Assembly (NCBI GenBank): GCA_016933455.1
Contig: JAFGAZ010000020.1
Span: 119-64,118, forward strand
DNA: 64,000 bases
Direction: 5' to 3'
Origin: Candidatus Aenigmatarchaeota archaeon
GTDB taxonomy: Archaea > Aenigmatarchaeota > Aenigmatarchaeia > Aenigmatarchaeales > Aenigmatarchaeaceae
Below the pieces are notes generated by a model. The model ran no database searches and was not told the DNA's origin. It saw nothing but the letters and a program-made list of their open reading frames with translations. The translations under genes were made by a program, and so were the position numbers. The number at the start of each line of letters is the position of its first letter. Within the stretch, counting starts at the first letter, position 1. This document shows positions 50,872-59,913 of this stretch, piece by piece.

Positions 50872-51591
50872 ATGATCAAAACAAAAAAAGAGATAAAAAG
50901 TTTGATAAAATCTGCAAAGATAACTGATTCCTGTATTAGGGTTATAGAAAAATCACTTGAAGAAAATATAACTGAAATTGAACTGAGAAGAAGAATAGGA
51001 AGAAACATAAGAAAACAAGGGGCTTCACTTTCTTTCAATACATTAGTTGCTACGGGAAAAAGGTCCGCCATGATACACTGCGACCCAAGAGCCACAAAAA
51101 GATTGATTTCCGGTATAGGGTATGTTGATTTTGGCGCTAGATACAAAGGCTACTGTACAGACATAACAGTGCCGTTCATCAAAGGAAATATAACCAAGAA
51201 GCAGAAGAGAATAGTTGACACGGAACTTGCAGCATACAAGCTTGCCATAAATTCCTTAAAATTAAACCAGCATTGTTGGAAGCTTTTTGATAAAGTGGAC
51301 AAATACCTGAGGAAAAAAGGTTATAGTTTGGATCATGGTCTTGGTCATGGTACGGGAAAGAAGATACATGAGCAGCCGTTCATAGTAATACCTAAAAAAG
51401 AAAAGTTGAAAAGAAAGAAAAAGAGAAATTGGGATGTCATAAAGAAACTAAGATTCCAAGAAGGCATGTTCTTTTCAATAGAGCCAGGCGTTTATGTGAA
51501 AGGTGTTGGCGGCTGCAGGCTTGAGAATGATGTTTTGATGACAAGAAAAGGCCCGAAAGTAATAACACATTCAAGATTGTTGATAGTTTAG
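50872..51591 (+). CDS. M24 Xaa-Pro peptidase, catalytic domain only
   Basis: DFG, CTDIT, HGLGHG, HE, EPG, RLEND; no N-terminal creatinase domain. Confidence 0.88.
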   Translation: MIKTKKEIKSLIKSAKITDSCIRVIEKSLEENITEIELRRRIGRNIRKQGASLSFNTLVATGKRSAMIHCDPRATKRLISGIGYVDFGARYKGYCTDITVPFIKGNITKKQKRIVDTELAAYKLAINSLKLNQHCWKLFDKVDKYLRKKGYSLDHGLGHGTGKKIHEQPFIVIPKKEKLKRKKKRNWDVIKKLRFQEGMFFSIEPGVYVKGVGGCRLENDVLMTRKGPKVITHSRLLIV

Positions 51592-52277
51592 ACGCCCCGT
51601 ATTTCGCATTTCTCAAAATAAGGTTTCATTAATTTTTGGAAGCTTTCAAGCTCTTCCTTGGTAAAGGATTTCTTGTTCTCAAAAGTTTTGTCAAACGTCT
51701 TTATTCCCCTGAAATTTTGGATAAAAAATTTCTTAGAACCCTTTAACCACTCACTGATTTTTCTAGCATCCTCCTTTGTGAAAATACCCGGTACTGCAGT
51801 TGTCCTGAACTCGTGCTCTGGAAAATTTTTGATAACATTCACACTTTCCAATATCTTGTCCTTGTCAACTTTAACACATGATGCAATATCATAGGAATCA
51901 ATGGGCGCCTTGATGTCCATTGCAATATAGTCTATAAGATTTTTTTCTACCAAACTTTTTATCATGTCAGGATTGCTTCCGTTTGTATCAAGTTTGACAT
52001 CAAACCCAAGTTCTTTTATCTTGTAAATGAATTCAGGTAGGTCCTTGTTTATTGTGGGCTCGCCGCCTGTTATACACACACCGTCCAAAAACCCCTTTCT
52101 TTCCTCTAGAAATTTCAAGATTTCTTCTTGTTGTATTTCAGGTCTTCCATCTTCTGTTAAAAGTTCTGGATTATGGCAGTAGCCGCACCTAAAGTTGCAG
52201 CCGAAAAGAAAAATGGTGCAGGCAAGCTTGCCTGGATAATCCAATACAGTTTGCTTCTCAAGACCCTTAATTATCAT
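51588..52277 (-). CDS. nrdG: Anaerobic ribonucleotide reductase activating enzyme
   Basis: DYPG, GCNFRCGYCHN, TGGEP, KLDTNG; start overlaps the nrdD stop. Confidence 0.93.
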   Translation of the reverse strand: MIIKGLEKQTVLDYPGKLACTIFLFGCNFRCGYCHNPELLTEDGRPEIQQEEILKFLEERKGFLDGVCITGGEPTINKDLPEFIYKIKELGFDVKLDTNGSNPDMIKSLVEKNLIDYIAMDIKAPIDSYDIASCVKVDKDKILESVNVIKNFPEHEFRTTAVPGIFTKEDARKISEWLKGSKKFFIQNFRGIKTFDKTFENKKSFTKEELESFQKLMKPYFEKCEIRGV

Positions 52278-54349
52278 GCCAATCTCTTGATCATGGGTGC
52301 CTTGTATGTTACCCTTTGCCTGTATTCTTCTGACTTGCCCTGGTTCCATGTATTAATCGGACGTATGTATCCGACAACCCTGGAATATACCTGCGTTCTT
52401 GCATGGCATGTCGGGCACTTGGGTCTTTCTCCTCTGATGTAGCCGTGCACAGGACAAACAGAGAACGTGGGCGTTATGGTAAAGTATGGTACTGCAAAGC
52501 CTGATGCGATCTTCTTTACCAGCTGCCTTACCTCTTCTCCGCCGTTTGGCGATTCCCCAAGGAAGGTGTGGAACACTGTCCCTCCCGTATACTTTCTTTG
52601 CAGTCCCTCTTGGTGCGTCAGTGCCTCGAAAACATCTGCAGTGTGGTCAACTGGCAATTGCGTTGAGTTGGTATAGTACGGAACCCTTTCGCCGTATGTC
52701 TTGATTCCAGGCATTTGCTTTTTGTCAATTCTTGCCAGCCTAAACGATGTCCCCTCTCCTGGCGTGGCTTCCAGATTGTAAATGTGGCCTGTTTCTTCCT
52801 GGTATTCTGCTATCTTCTTTCTCATAAATTCAAGGACCTTTAATGAAAAGTCCTTGCCGTCAGGTGTTGCTATGCCCTGACCCAGGAAATTAAGGCACGA
52901 CTCGTTCATGCCTATAAGCCCTATTGTGGAAAAGTGGTGGTCCAAGTTGCCAAGGTACCTCTTGGAATACGGTAGCATGCCCATTCCCATCATCCTCTCA
53001 ACAACCTTTCTTTTCAGCTCCAAAGAGTTCTTGGCAAGATACATCAGTCTGTCAAGCTTTTCAAAGTACTGCGACTCCTCCCTTGAGGTATAGCCGATTC
53101 TTGGCATGTTTATTGTAACAACTCCAAGGCTGCCTGTGGATTCGCCAAAACCGAAAAGGCCCCCTGTCTTGTGCCTAAGGTCCCTTAGGTCAAGCTGCAG
53201 CCTGCAGCACATTGCCCTAACGTCAGTGGGCTTGAGATCGCTCTTGATAAAGTTTTGGAAATATGGCAGCCCGTACTTTGCAGTCATCTTAAACAAGGAA
53301 TCGAGGTTCTCGTTGTTCCAGTCCAGATCCTTTGTGATATTGTAAGTCGGTATGGGCCATGTGAACACCTGTCCTGTCTGGTCCCCCTTTGTCATGACTT
53401 CTATAAAGGCCTTGTTTATGACATCCATTTCCTTTTGATAGTCGGCATAAGTGTCGTTTGTCACCTTGCCCCCTATGATTACAGGATTGTCTTTCAGATC
53501 CTCAGGCACTGTCCAGTCAAGCGTTATGTTCGAGAAAGGCGTCTGCCCTCCCCATCTCGATGTCACGTTCATGCCGTAGATGTACTCTTGCATGCACTGC
53601 TTTACCTGGTCATATGAAAGATTGTCCGCCCGAACAAAGGGTGCAAGATAAGTATCGAATGAGGAAAACGCCTGCGCTCCTGCCCACTCGTTTTGCAGAA
53701 CACCGATAAAGTTAACCATCTGGGCAACAGCCGATCTTAGGTGCTTTGCCGGGGCGCAGTGTACCTTTCCCGGCACTCCGTTAAAGCCTTCCATTAATAG
53801 CTGCCTTAGGCTCCAGCCTGCGCAGTAGCCGCAAAGGCTCATTGAAAGATTATGCAAGTGGAAATCCCCGTTGCTATGAGCTGTTGTTATCTCCTTTGGA
53901 TAGACGTTGTTTAGAGCATAGTATGCAATCACAGTTCCTATGCCGTGCCACATAAGGCCTGAATATGAAAAACCTATATTGGCATTCTCCTTTATCCTCC
54001 ACTCGTTCTCGGAAATGTAGTTGTCAATAACATCGCTAACATCCAAAAGAACGCCCTTGACATCCCTTAGTTTCTTGTGCTCTTCCCTGTAGAGTATGAA
54101 AGCCTTTGAAGTCCTATAATGGCCCCCCTCTACAAGCACCTTTTCAACAGCGTCCTGCACATCCTCGACTGTTGGGAACTTTTCAGTGAACTTTTCCTCA
54201 AGAATTTCGCAAACATTCTCGGCAAGCTCCTTTGACATCTCCTGGTTCGTGCCTCCCACTGCCTGGGCAGCTTTCCATATGGCGTTTGCAACCTTTTCCT
54301 TTTCAAAAGGAACTACCATGCCGTTTCTTTTCCTAACCAATTTAACCAT
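52274..54349 (-). CDS. nrdD: Class III anaerobic ribonucleoside-triphosphate reductase with ATP cone
   Basis: ATP cone; MCCRL; YYTNS; CPVHG/CPTC; YSRVVGY glycyl-radical site. Confidence 0.96.
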   Translation of the reverse strand: MVKLVRKRNGMVVPFEKEKVANAIWKAAQAVGGTNQEMSKELAENVCEILEEKFTEKFPTVEDVQDAVEKVLVEGGHYRTSKAFILYREEHKKLRDVKGVLLDVSDVIDNYISENEWRIKENANIGFSYSGLMWHGIGTVIAYYALNNVYPKEITTAHSNGDFHLHNLSMSLCGYCAGWSLRQLLMEGFNGVPGKVHCAPAKHLRSAVAQMVNFIGVLQNEWAGAQAFSSFDTYLAPFVRADNLSYDQVKQCMQEYIYGMNVTSRWGGQTPFSNITLDWTVPEDLKDNPVIIGGKVTNDTYADYQKEMDVINKAFIEVMTKGDQTGQVFTWPIPTYNITKDLDWNNENLDSLFKMTAKYGLPYFQNFIKSDLKPTDVRAMCCRLQLDLRDLRHKTGGLFGFGESTGSLGVVTINMPRIGYTSREESQYFEKLDRLMYLAKNSLELKRKVVERMMGMGMLPYSKRYLGNLDHHFSTIGLIGMNESCLNFLGQGIATPDGKDFSLKVLEFMRKKIAEYQEETGHIYNLEATPGEGTSFRLARIDKKQMPGIKTYGERVPYYTNSTQLPVDHTADVFEALTHQEGLQRKYTGGTVFHTFLGESPNGGEEVRQLVKKIASGFAVPYFTITPTFSVCPVHGYIRGERPKCPTCHARTQVYSRVVGYIRPINTWNQGKSEEYRQRVTYKAPMIKRLA

Positions 54350-54355
54350 TAAAAA

Positions 54356-54790
54356 TCACCTCAATGCTTTTTTGAAAGTCTTGACGTCCTTGAAATCCTT
54401 GAAATGCGACATGAATCTCACGTATGCGACCTTGTCTAGCTTCTTTAGCTTCTCTGTCACAATGTCGCCTATTATCTGGCTTTTTACCTGCATGCAGTTC
54501 ATGCCCTTTATTTCCATCTCGATTTCCTGGAGCAGCTTTTCTATCTTTTTTTCGTTCACTGGCCTTCCTTTGAGGGCTTGCACAATGCCGTTTTTTATCT
54601 TGTCTCGGTTGAAGTTTTCCCTGCTCTTGTTGCGTTTTATCACAATCAGGGGCGTTTTGACGATTTCGTATGTTGTGAAGCGGTTCTTGCACTCCAAACA
54701 CTCCCTTCTGCGCCTGATTGCCCCGTTCTCTCCAGTATCCCTCTTGTCTACTACCATTGATTTGGATGAACTGCAGTAAGGACAAAACAT
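54356..54790 (-). CDS. nrdR: NrdR repressor (Zn ribbon plus ATP cone)
   Basis: MFCPYC...IRRRRECLEC..RFTTYE; LDKVAYVRF. Confidence 0.95.
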   Translation of the reverse strand: MFCPYCSSSKSMVVDKRDTGENGAIRRRRECLECKNRFTTYEIVKTPLIVIKRNKSRENFNRDKIKNGIVQALKGRPVNEKKIEKLLQEIEMEIKGMNCMQVKSQIIGDIVTEKLKKLDKVAYVRFMSHFKDFKDVKTFKKALR

Positions 54791-54798
54791 ATGAAAAA

Positions 54799-54846
54799 CC
54801 ACAACATCTTGTGTGCTTCTAGATTTTTGACCACAATTTCTGGCCG
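54799..54846. promoter_or_regulatory. Tandem NrdR boxes
   Basis: CCACAACATCTTGTGT (54799-54814) and CCACAATTTCTGGCCG (54831-54846), 32 bp apart, compared with consensus acaCwAtATaTwGtgt. Confidence 0.8.
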
Positions 54847-54930
54847 GTAACTAAAATATGCGTTTTTCATTTATAATGATTTGTGTAATGCCAAATAGAT
54901 GTTTAAGTTTCCCAAAAAGACAATATCAAT

Positions 54931-55479
54931 ATGAGAGCGTTTCTTGGCGTGTCTGTTAATGATGCCCTAAAGCCCAGGATAACACAGGTACTGGACGCTT
55001 TGGACCATTTTGACGTAAAGCAGGTCGAGCCAAAGAACCTCCATTTCAATCTTAGGTTCTTTAGCTACATATCGCCTGATGATGCTGAAAATCTTAAAGA
55101 TATTGTCAGCGGCATTTCCAGAAGGCATTCGTCCTTTGAAGTCGAATTGTACGGTGTCGGGGCATTTCCGAGCAAGAATATTGCAAGGGTATTGTGGCTT
55201 GGGGTCCGCGACGGCTATGAAAAGTTCAAGAGCTTTGGCGACGACATAGAGAATTCGGTTTCCCATGCCCTTGGTTTGGAAAAGGAGAAGGAATTTAGGC
55301 CCCACATGACGCTTGGCAGGGTAAGATCTGGCAGCAACAGCAACGAGCTGCTGGTGTTTCTTAGAAAATACGAGAACATAGAGATTGGTAGAATGAGGAT
55401 AGATAAAATAACACTGTTCAAGTCTTTGCTAGAGCCCAAAGGACCAAAATACGAAGAAGTCTTTTCAATAAAAATTTAA
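54931..55479 (+). CDS. thpR: RNA 2',3'-cyclic phosphodiesterase (2H family)
   Basis: MRAFLG, HFNL (variant of HxT) and PHMTLGR motifs. Confidence 0.9.
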   Translation: MRAFLGVSVNDALKPRITQVLDALDHFDVKQVEPKNLHFNLRFFSYISPDDAENLKDIVSGISRRHSSFEVELYGVGAFPSKNIARVLWLGVRDGYEKFKSFGDDIENSVSHALGLEKEKEFRPHMTLGRVRSGSNSNELLVFLRKYENIEIGRMRIDKITLFKSLLEPKGPKYEEVFSIKI

Positions 55480-55626
55480 TCAAAATGTAAGAGCTTCAAT
55501 AGTTAATTTTTTTGCCAATGTGTTAATTTCAGCATTTCTTACAGCTCCTCTAAGACATGCCTTTTCAATGGCCAAATCAACACAAGCATTGACATAAGTG
55601 TCTGAAAACGTATTATATTCATCCAT
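55480..55626 (-). CDS. Small orphan ORF (48 aa)
   Basis: Manual translation MDEYNTFSDTYVNACVDLAIEKACLRGAVRNAEINTLAKKLTIEALTF*; TATA-like element upstream. Confidence 0.5.
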   Translation of the reverse strand: MDEYNTFSDTYVNACVDLAIEKACLRGAVRNAEINTLAKKLTIEALTF

Positions 55627-55716
55627 AATATATTATTACTACTAAGTAGTATATATACATATCACCACTGCAAGTGGCAAGAAAAGCCGAATTACTCAAA
55701 AAAATACTATACTTTC

Positions 55717-56061
55717 ATGGACATTCTAAAGATATCCATAGCTGTTTCCATAATAGGAATAGTTTCCCTGTTCTTCCTAACCAGGATATTCGAGGAGGAA
55801 ATAACAGACATAACGGATTTGAAAATAGGCCAGATAGAGAAGATATCGGGAATGGTGACGTCTGTTTATGTTAGCAGGGATAGCCATGTCTTCATCAAAG
55901 TTGCTGACAGAACAGGAGAAATAACAGTTGTTGCCTTCAAGAATTCTAATATAGACAAGGCATACGATCTCGAAGTCGGGGAAGAGATATCTGTTCTAGG
56001 AAGAGTTGATGAATATGAGGGGGATATAGAAATAATAGCTAGCGAGATTGAGACTCTTTGA
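55717..56061 (+). CDS. Membrane-anchored OB-fold protein
   Basis: N-terminal TM; KISGMV..HVFIKVADRTGEITVVAF..GRVDEYEGDIEII. Confidence 0.8.
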   Translation: MDILKISIAVSIIGIVSLFFLTRIFEEEITDITDLKIGQIEKISGMVTSVYVSRDSHVFIKVADRTGEITVVAFKNSNIDKAYDLEVGEEISVLGRVDEYEGDIEIIASEIETL

Positions 56062-56332
56062 TATTTTTTATAATATTCTTTTTTATCAAAAAAAGAGCTG
56101 CTATTGCACCGTTATCATCTAATTCACATTCATCTTTTAAGAGAGATAACTCGTCTTCTCTATTTTTTCTGTAAATGCCGTTTCCTGTTATATGTTCAGT
56201 TCTTATACCTTTCTCGAGTTCTTCTATTACTGAATATAGTTCTATAGTTTTAGTTATACTAGGAAAAAATCCAGAATCAAAAAGTTTTTGCGTTCCTCTT
56301 GTTGGAGTAACATAATCCATATTACATCCCAT
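56039..56332 (-). CDS. Hypothetical protein (AT-rich orphan)
   Basis: 97-aa ORF with TATA-like upstream sequence; no recognised family. Confidence 0.45.
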   Translation of the reverse strand: MGCNMDYVTPTRGTQKLFDSGFFPSITKTIELYSVIEELEKGIRTEHITGNGIYRKNREDELSLLKDECELDDNGAIAALFLIKKNIIKNIKESQSR

Positions 56333-56362
56333 ATATTTATTACTATTTAGTGGTATTTATAT

Positions 56363-56653
56363 TTAACTTCCTCTTATCCTTTTCTTAACTTGGATGTATT
56401 TTAGTACATCCTCGACTGTAGTATTTTCCTTTCCAGGCTTTAGGCCAATTAGCCTCAGCCTTATGCCGAATTGGTCGATTGACCTGGAGTTTACAAAGAA
56501 ATCAAGGTAGTTGTTTACTATGTTTGATACTATGAACGGATTAAGGTCTAAGGCCTTTGAAATGCCTCTAATATGCAGTTCTCCGTTCTCTTTGAGCAGA
56601 TCTAAAATTTTGGCTATGTTCAAAACAGTTTTTCTATGAATTCCTTGACCCAA
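56363..56653 (-). CDS. Small winged-HTH DNA-binding protein
   Basis: KILDLLKENGELHIRGISKALDLNPFIVSNIV HTH; TTG start with upstream AGGTG. Confidence 0.75.
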   Translation of the reverse strand: MGQGIHRKTVLNIAKILDLLKENGELHIRGISKALDLNPFIVSNIVNNYLDFFVNSRSIDQFGIRLRLIGLKPGKENTTVEDVLKYIQVKKRIRGS

Positions 56654-56770
56654 TTATAACACCTGTTATATATACTGGTTTGGCATGCATATAAGCTTGT
56701 TCCCGAGCTATTATTAAGTCAAATGTCGTAAAAATAATATAAACTATACGTTAAAAGACGTAAAAATAGC

Positions 56771-57221
56771 TTCACGTGAATGTTCATATCTTCTTCATTT
56801 TTGATATCATTTCAATCACACATAATTCACACATTTGACACACAATTACAACCAAGATTTTTTCAGCTAAAAAATCTTCACGTGAATAATATATATAATG
56901 TGTAACATACCTACTATTTCACGTTATCTTCACATATGAACACGTGAACTTCACATGAATATTACGTGAATTGACGTGAACGATATGAACATTTTGTGAA
57001 CATCATATGAACTTCACATAATCTTCACGCGGGAAAACTCACAAACCTAAAAATGACATGAAGAGGACAAAAAATTCACGTGAAATTGAATGAAATTTAT
57101 CACCTTCACGTCGTGAATAAAAAATCAAGAAAAACCTTCATTTTATCTTCACAAAATCTTCATTTATGAACTTCATGTTCACGTGAAACTCAGTAAAATT
57201 TAAATACCTAATTCACGTGAA
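56771..57221. repeat. Array of TTCAYRTGAA palindromes
   Basis: Perfect TTCACGTGAA at 56771, 56877, 57075, 57178, 57212, plus many variants; tandem run at 56930-57011. Confidence 0.9.
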
Positions 57222-57227
57222 TATTAT

Positions 57228-58322
57228 ATGAACATCATGAATGATAATTTTTCAAAGTGGGGCTGGACAGAAAACCCGTTTGTTCTTAGAATTGATCCTA
57301 GCCTGTTTGTCGGCTATGAAAACCAAGTCAAAGCAGCCCTAAATCATATAGAAAACAAGCACAAGATAGCCCTGATAACAGGAAGAACAGGTGCTGGCAA
57401 GACCACTTTCCTCAAATGGGTTGAAAAGAACTATGATGCATCAAAGTTCTACGTTTCCAAGCCTCCTCAGAAGCCTGAGGAGTTTGTCTCACTTTTCACA
57501 GAGCTTTTCGGAACAAGCTTTTTTGAGCGCCTTTTGGGCCAAAAACCGACCTTATACAGCCTTCCAAAATACGTGAACAAGAAGCTTGGAAATCGACACT
57601 TGGTATTTCTTTTGGACGAAATCCACGAGACTAACAAGGAAGTTCTGGAATGGCTAAGGGTCCTAATAGATCAGATAGACAACATAAGCCTTGTCATAGC
57701 CGGCATGCCTGTTGTTGACGAGAAGCTGTCAGAACTTCAGACCCTAAACCAGAGAATAACAACCAGGATAAACCTTGTTTCCCTGGACAAAAGTGAGACC
57801 AAGGAGCTCATAAAGAAGAGAATTGAGAGTGTTGGCGGCAAGGGCATTGCGCCCTTTACAGACGATACCATAAGCACGATATACGAGAAGACGGGGGGCT
57901 TTCCAAGGGAGATTCTAAAGCTGTGCGACAGGCTTGTCAACTCGGCCCTTGAAAAGGGACTGGACGTCATAACCCTAAAGGACATTGAGGAGCACAAGGA
58001 AATCGAGCTGCCAAAAGTGAGAGTTGAGGAGCCAAAGGTCACTTTTATGCCAAAACCCCCTTCTGACGAGCAGATAAGGAACCTGCCTTTCAAGCAAAGA
58101 AAGATCCTGAAATTGCTTTCAGAAAAGGACTGGCTTACCCCGACAACCATAGTCGAGGAGATGGACACTGGCTCCTACAAGTCAAAGGGCCATGCCATAA
58201 GGTCTGTGAACAATATCCTAAGAAGGCTGATGCTGGACGGCTATGTTCAAAGAGAAAGCCGGGGAAAAGCGTTCATGTACGCCCTGACCCCGAAAGTTAG
58301 GACAATGTTTGTTGAAAACTAG
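57228..58322 (+). CDS. ExeA/GspA-like AAA+ ATPase with C-terminal winged-HTH
   Basis: WGWTENPF..DP; GRTGAGKTT; LLDEIH; LNQRI; TGGFPREILKLC; C-terminal TPTTIVEE...RESRGKAFMYALT. Confidence 0.82.
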   Translation: MNIMNDNFSKWGWTENPFVLRIDPSLFVGYENQVKAALNHIENKHKIALITGRTGAGKTTFLKWVEKNYDASKFYVSKPPQKPEEFVSLFTELFGTSFFERLLGQKPTLYSLPKYVNKKLGNRHLVFLLDEIHETNKEVLEWLRVLIDQIDNISLVIAGMPVVDEKLSELQTLNQRITTRINLVSLDKSETKELIKKRIESVGGKGIAPFTDDTISTIYEKTGGFPREILKLCDRLVNSALEKGLDVITLKDIEEHKEIELPKVRVEEPKVTFMPKPPSDEQIRNLPFKQRKILKLLSEKDWLTPTTIVEEMDTGSYKSKGHAIRSVNNILRRLMLDGYVQRESRGKAFMYALTPKVRTMFVEN

Positions 58323-58693
58323 ATTGAAAACGGGTTTTCGTTTGTTTTCTTGGTCTTTTCTGCTTTGGAATGTGAGAGTTCCTGATATTTTGCATATGTT
58401 GAGAGGTCTTTGTTGGTTCTGCCTGTATAATTTGAACTCTTTTGTGAGACTGGAGAATCATACGAATTAGTTGAACTGTTATTCAATGTTCCTGCAAAAA
58501 GACCTGTCATATTACCTATGGTCCTCTCGTCCTTTCTTGGCATCAGGTTGCTTAAGCATTCGTTTCTGACAACAACATAATTGCCGTTCTGCGAAAAGAC
58601 GCTGTTGTATTCGTCTGTGCTTCTCAAAGAACCGCCTTTAATTAGCATGTCTGAAACTTCTTTTGGATCTTCAAGATATTTTACTGTTTTCAT
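58319..58693 (-). CDS. Hypothetical protein
   Basis: 124-aa ORF with a low-complexity Ser/Asn tail and TATA-like upstream sequence. Confidence 0.5.
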   Translation of the reverse strand: MKTVKYLEDPKEVSDMLIKGGSLRSTDEYNSVFSQNGNYVVVRNECLSNLMPRKDERTIGNMTGLFAGTLNNSSTNSYDSPVSQKSSNYTGRTNKDLSTYAKYQELSHSKAEKTKKTNENPFSI

Positions 58694-58800
58694 AATATTC
58701 TATTGTCTGAGGTGCTATATAAAGTTATCACTAATACATAGTAAATATAATGATAGTTTTATATACTACTTATACATATACTACTATTAGGTGATAAATT

Positions 58801-58959
58801 ATGTCTTCAGAAGGTGGTGTGGCGATGAATGAAACTTTAGCGGCATATCATGCAAATAGCGAGAATGCCTCTAGAAAGAATTTCATCCAAATGGCTAAAC
58901 AAGGAAAAATAGTTGAAATAGGATATAGAGAACAAACTGGATACAACAGTCAAAGATAA
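58801..58959 (+). CDS. Small orphan ORF (52 aa)
   Basis: Manual translation MSSEGGVAMNETLAAYHANSENASRKNFIQMAKQGKIVEIGYREQTGYNSQR*; AGGTGA RBS; T-tract downstream. Confidence 0.55.
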   Translation: MSSEGGVAMNETLAAYHANSENASRKNFIQMAKQGKIVEIGYREQTGYNSQR

Positions 58960-59006
58960 CAGTTTTTTCTCTTTTCTTTTTATTTTAAAATCTAATAATT
59001 ACTTCT

Positions 59007-59555
59007 ATGGAAAAGCTTCTAATCATAGTGGGACTTCCGGGTTCTGGCAAGTCCTTTGCTGCCGAAGTTGTCAAAGAAGAGTTCAAAGCCAGTGTTTTCA
59101 AGTCAGGTGATCTCATACGTGAGGAAATTAAAAGCCGCGGCCTCAAGTACACTCCTGAAAACGATGCCAAGATAGCCCACTGGTTCCACACAAGCGGCAG
59201 GGAAAGGCTTTTGATAAAGCGTTTGTTTGACAAGATAGAAAGGACCAACCGAAAGCTGGTTGTTGTCGACGGTCTAAGGTCAGTCCAGCAGCTAAAGTAT
59301 GTCAAGTCTCACTTTGAAAGTCCCATAATTATCTACATAAAATCGTCTTTCGAATCCCGCGCCAAAAGAGAGCTCAAGAGAAAGCGCTTCAAGAAGGGTG
59401 AGACAAAGGAATACATAAGATTCCGAGACAGGCTGGAGAAAAGCCACGGCGTTTTGGGCCTGATAAACAAGGCGAATTATACAATAGACAACACAAGCCT
59501 TACAATGCCCAGGTTCAGAAACGAGGTTATAAAACTCGTGAAAAATATCGCATAA
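59007..59555 (+). CDS. P-loop nucleotide kinase, dephospho-CoA kinase-like
   Basis: GLPGSGKS, GDLIREE, VVDGLR, RDRLE. Confidence 0.8.
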   Translation: MEKLLIIVGLPGSGKSFAAEVVKEEFKASVFKSGDLIREEIKSRGLKYTPENDAKIAHWFHTSGRERLLIKRLFDKIERTNRKLVVVDGLRSVQQLKYVKSHFESPIIIYIKSSFESRAKRELKRKRFKKGETKEYIRFRDRLEKSHGVLGLINKANYTIDNTSLTMPRFRNEVIKLVKNIA

Positions 59556-59600
59556 GTTTAAATATCTTGGTTAAAAATTATACTAAAGATAAATTTTAAG

Positions 59601-59870
59601 GTGATATTTGTGCGCGATAAACTAAGGGCCAAGGAAATGGTCGGCAAGGTAATTGTTTCTGAAGACACGGGCAGAAAGTTCGGTGTCGTGGGCGATGTCA
59701 ATTTTATTACAGAATCCGGAGAGCTAATGAACATTATTGTTTCTGAGCCAACAAGGCAGGCTTTGGATTTGAAATTGGCGGAAGACGACAAGGGCAGGAT
59801 GCTCATCCCATTTTCTGCAGTGAGATCTGTTGGTGACTTTATCATTGTTGCAGAAAAAGACATTGTCTGA
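59601..59870 (+). CDS. PRC-barrel protein (CdpB-like family)
   Basis: GKVIVSEDTGRKFGVVGD...IPFSAVRSVGDFIIV. Confidence 0.85.
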   Translation: MIFVRDKLRAKEMVGKVIVSEDTGRKFGVVGDVNFITESGELMNIIVSEPTRQALDLKLAEDDKGRMLIPFSAVRSVGDFIIVAEKDIV

Positions 59871-59913
59871 TTTCTTTTTCTAATTCTTGTTTTTAATATA
59901 GTTAGAAGTGGTT

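Noticed and set aside
56771..57221. Possible CRISPR array
   Set aside because: The repeats are 10-bp palindromes with irregular spacing; there is no constant 25-40 bp repeat with unique spacers and no cas gene.
57228..58322. ATPase as TnsC/IstB of a transposon or as T2SS ExeA
   Set aside because: No transposase, terminal repeats or secretion genes are visible nearby; the family resemblance alone does not assign the function.
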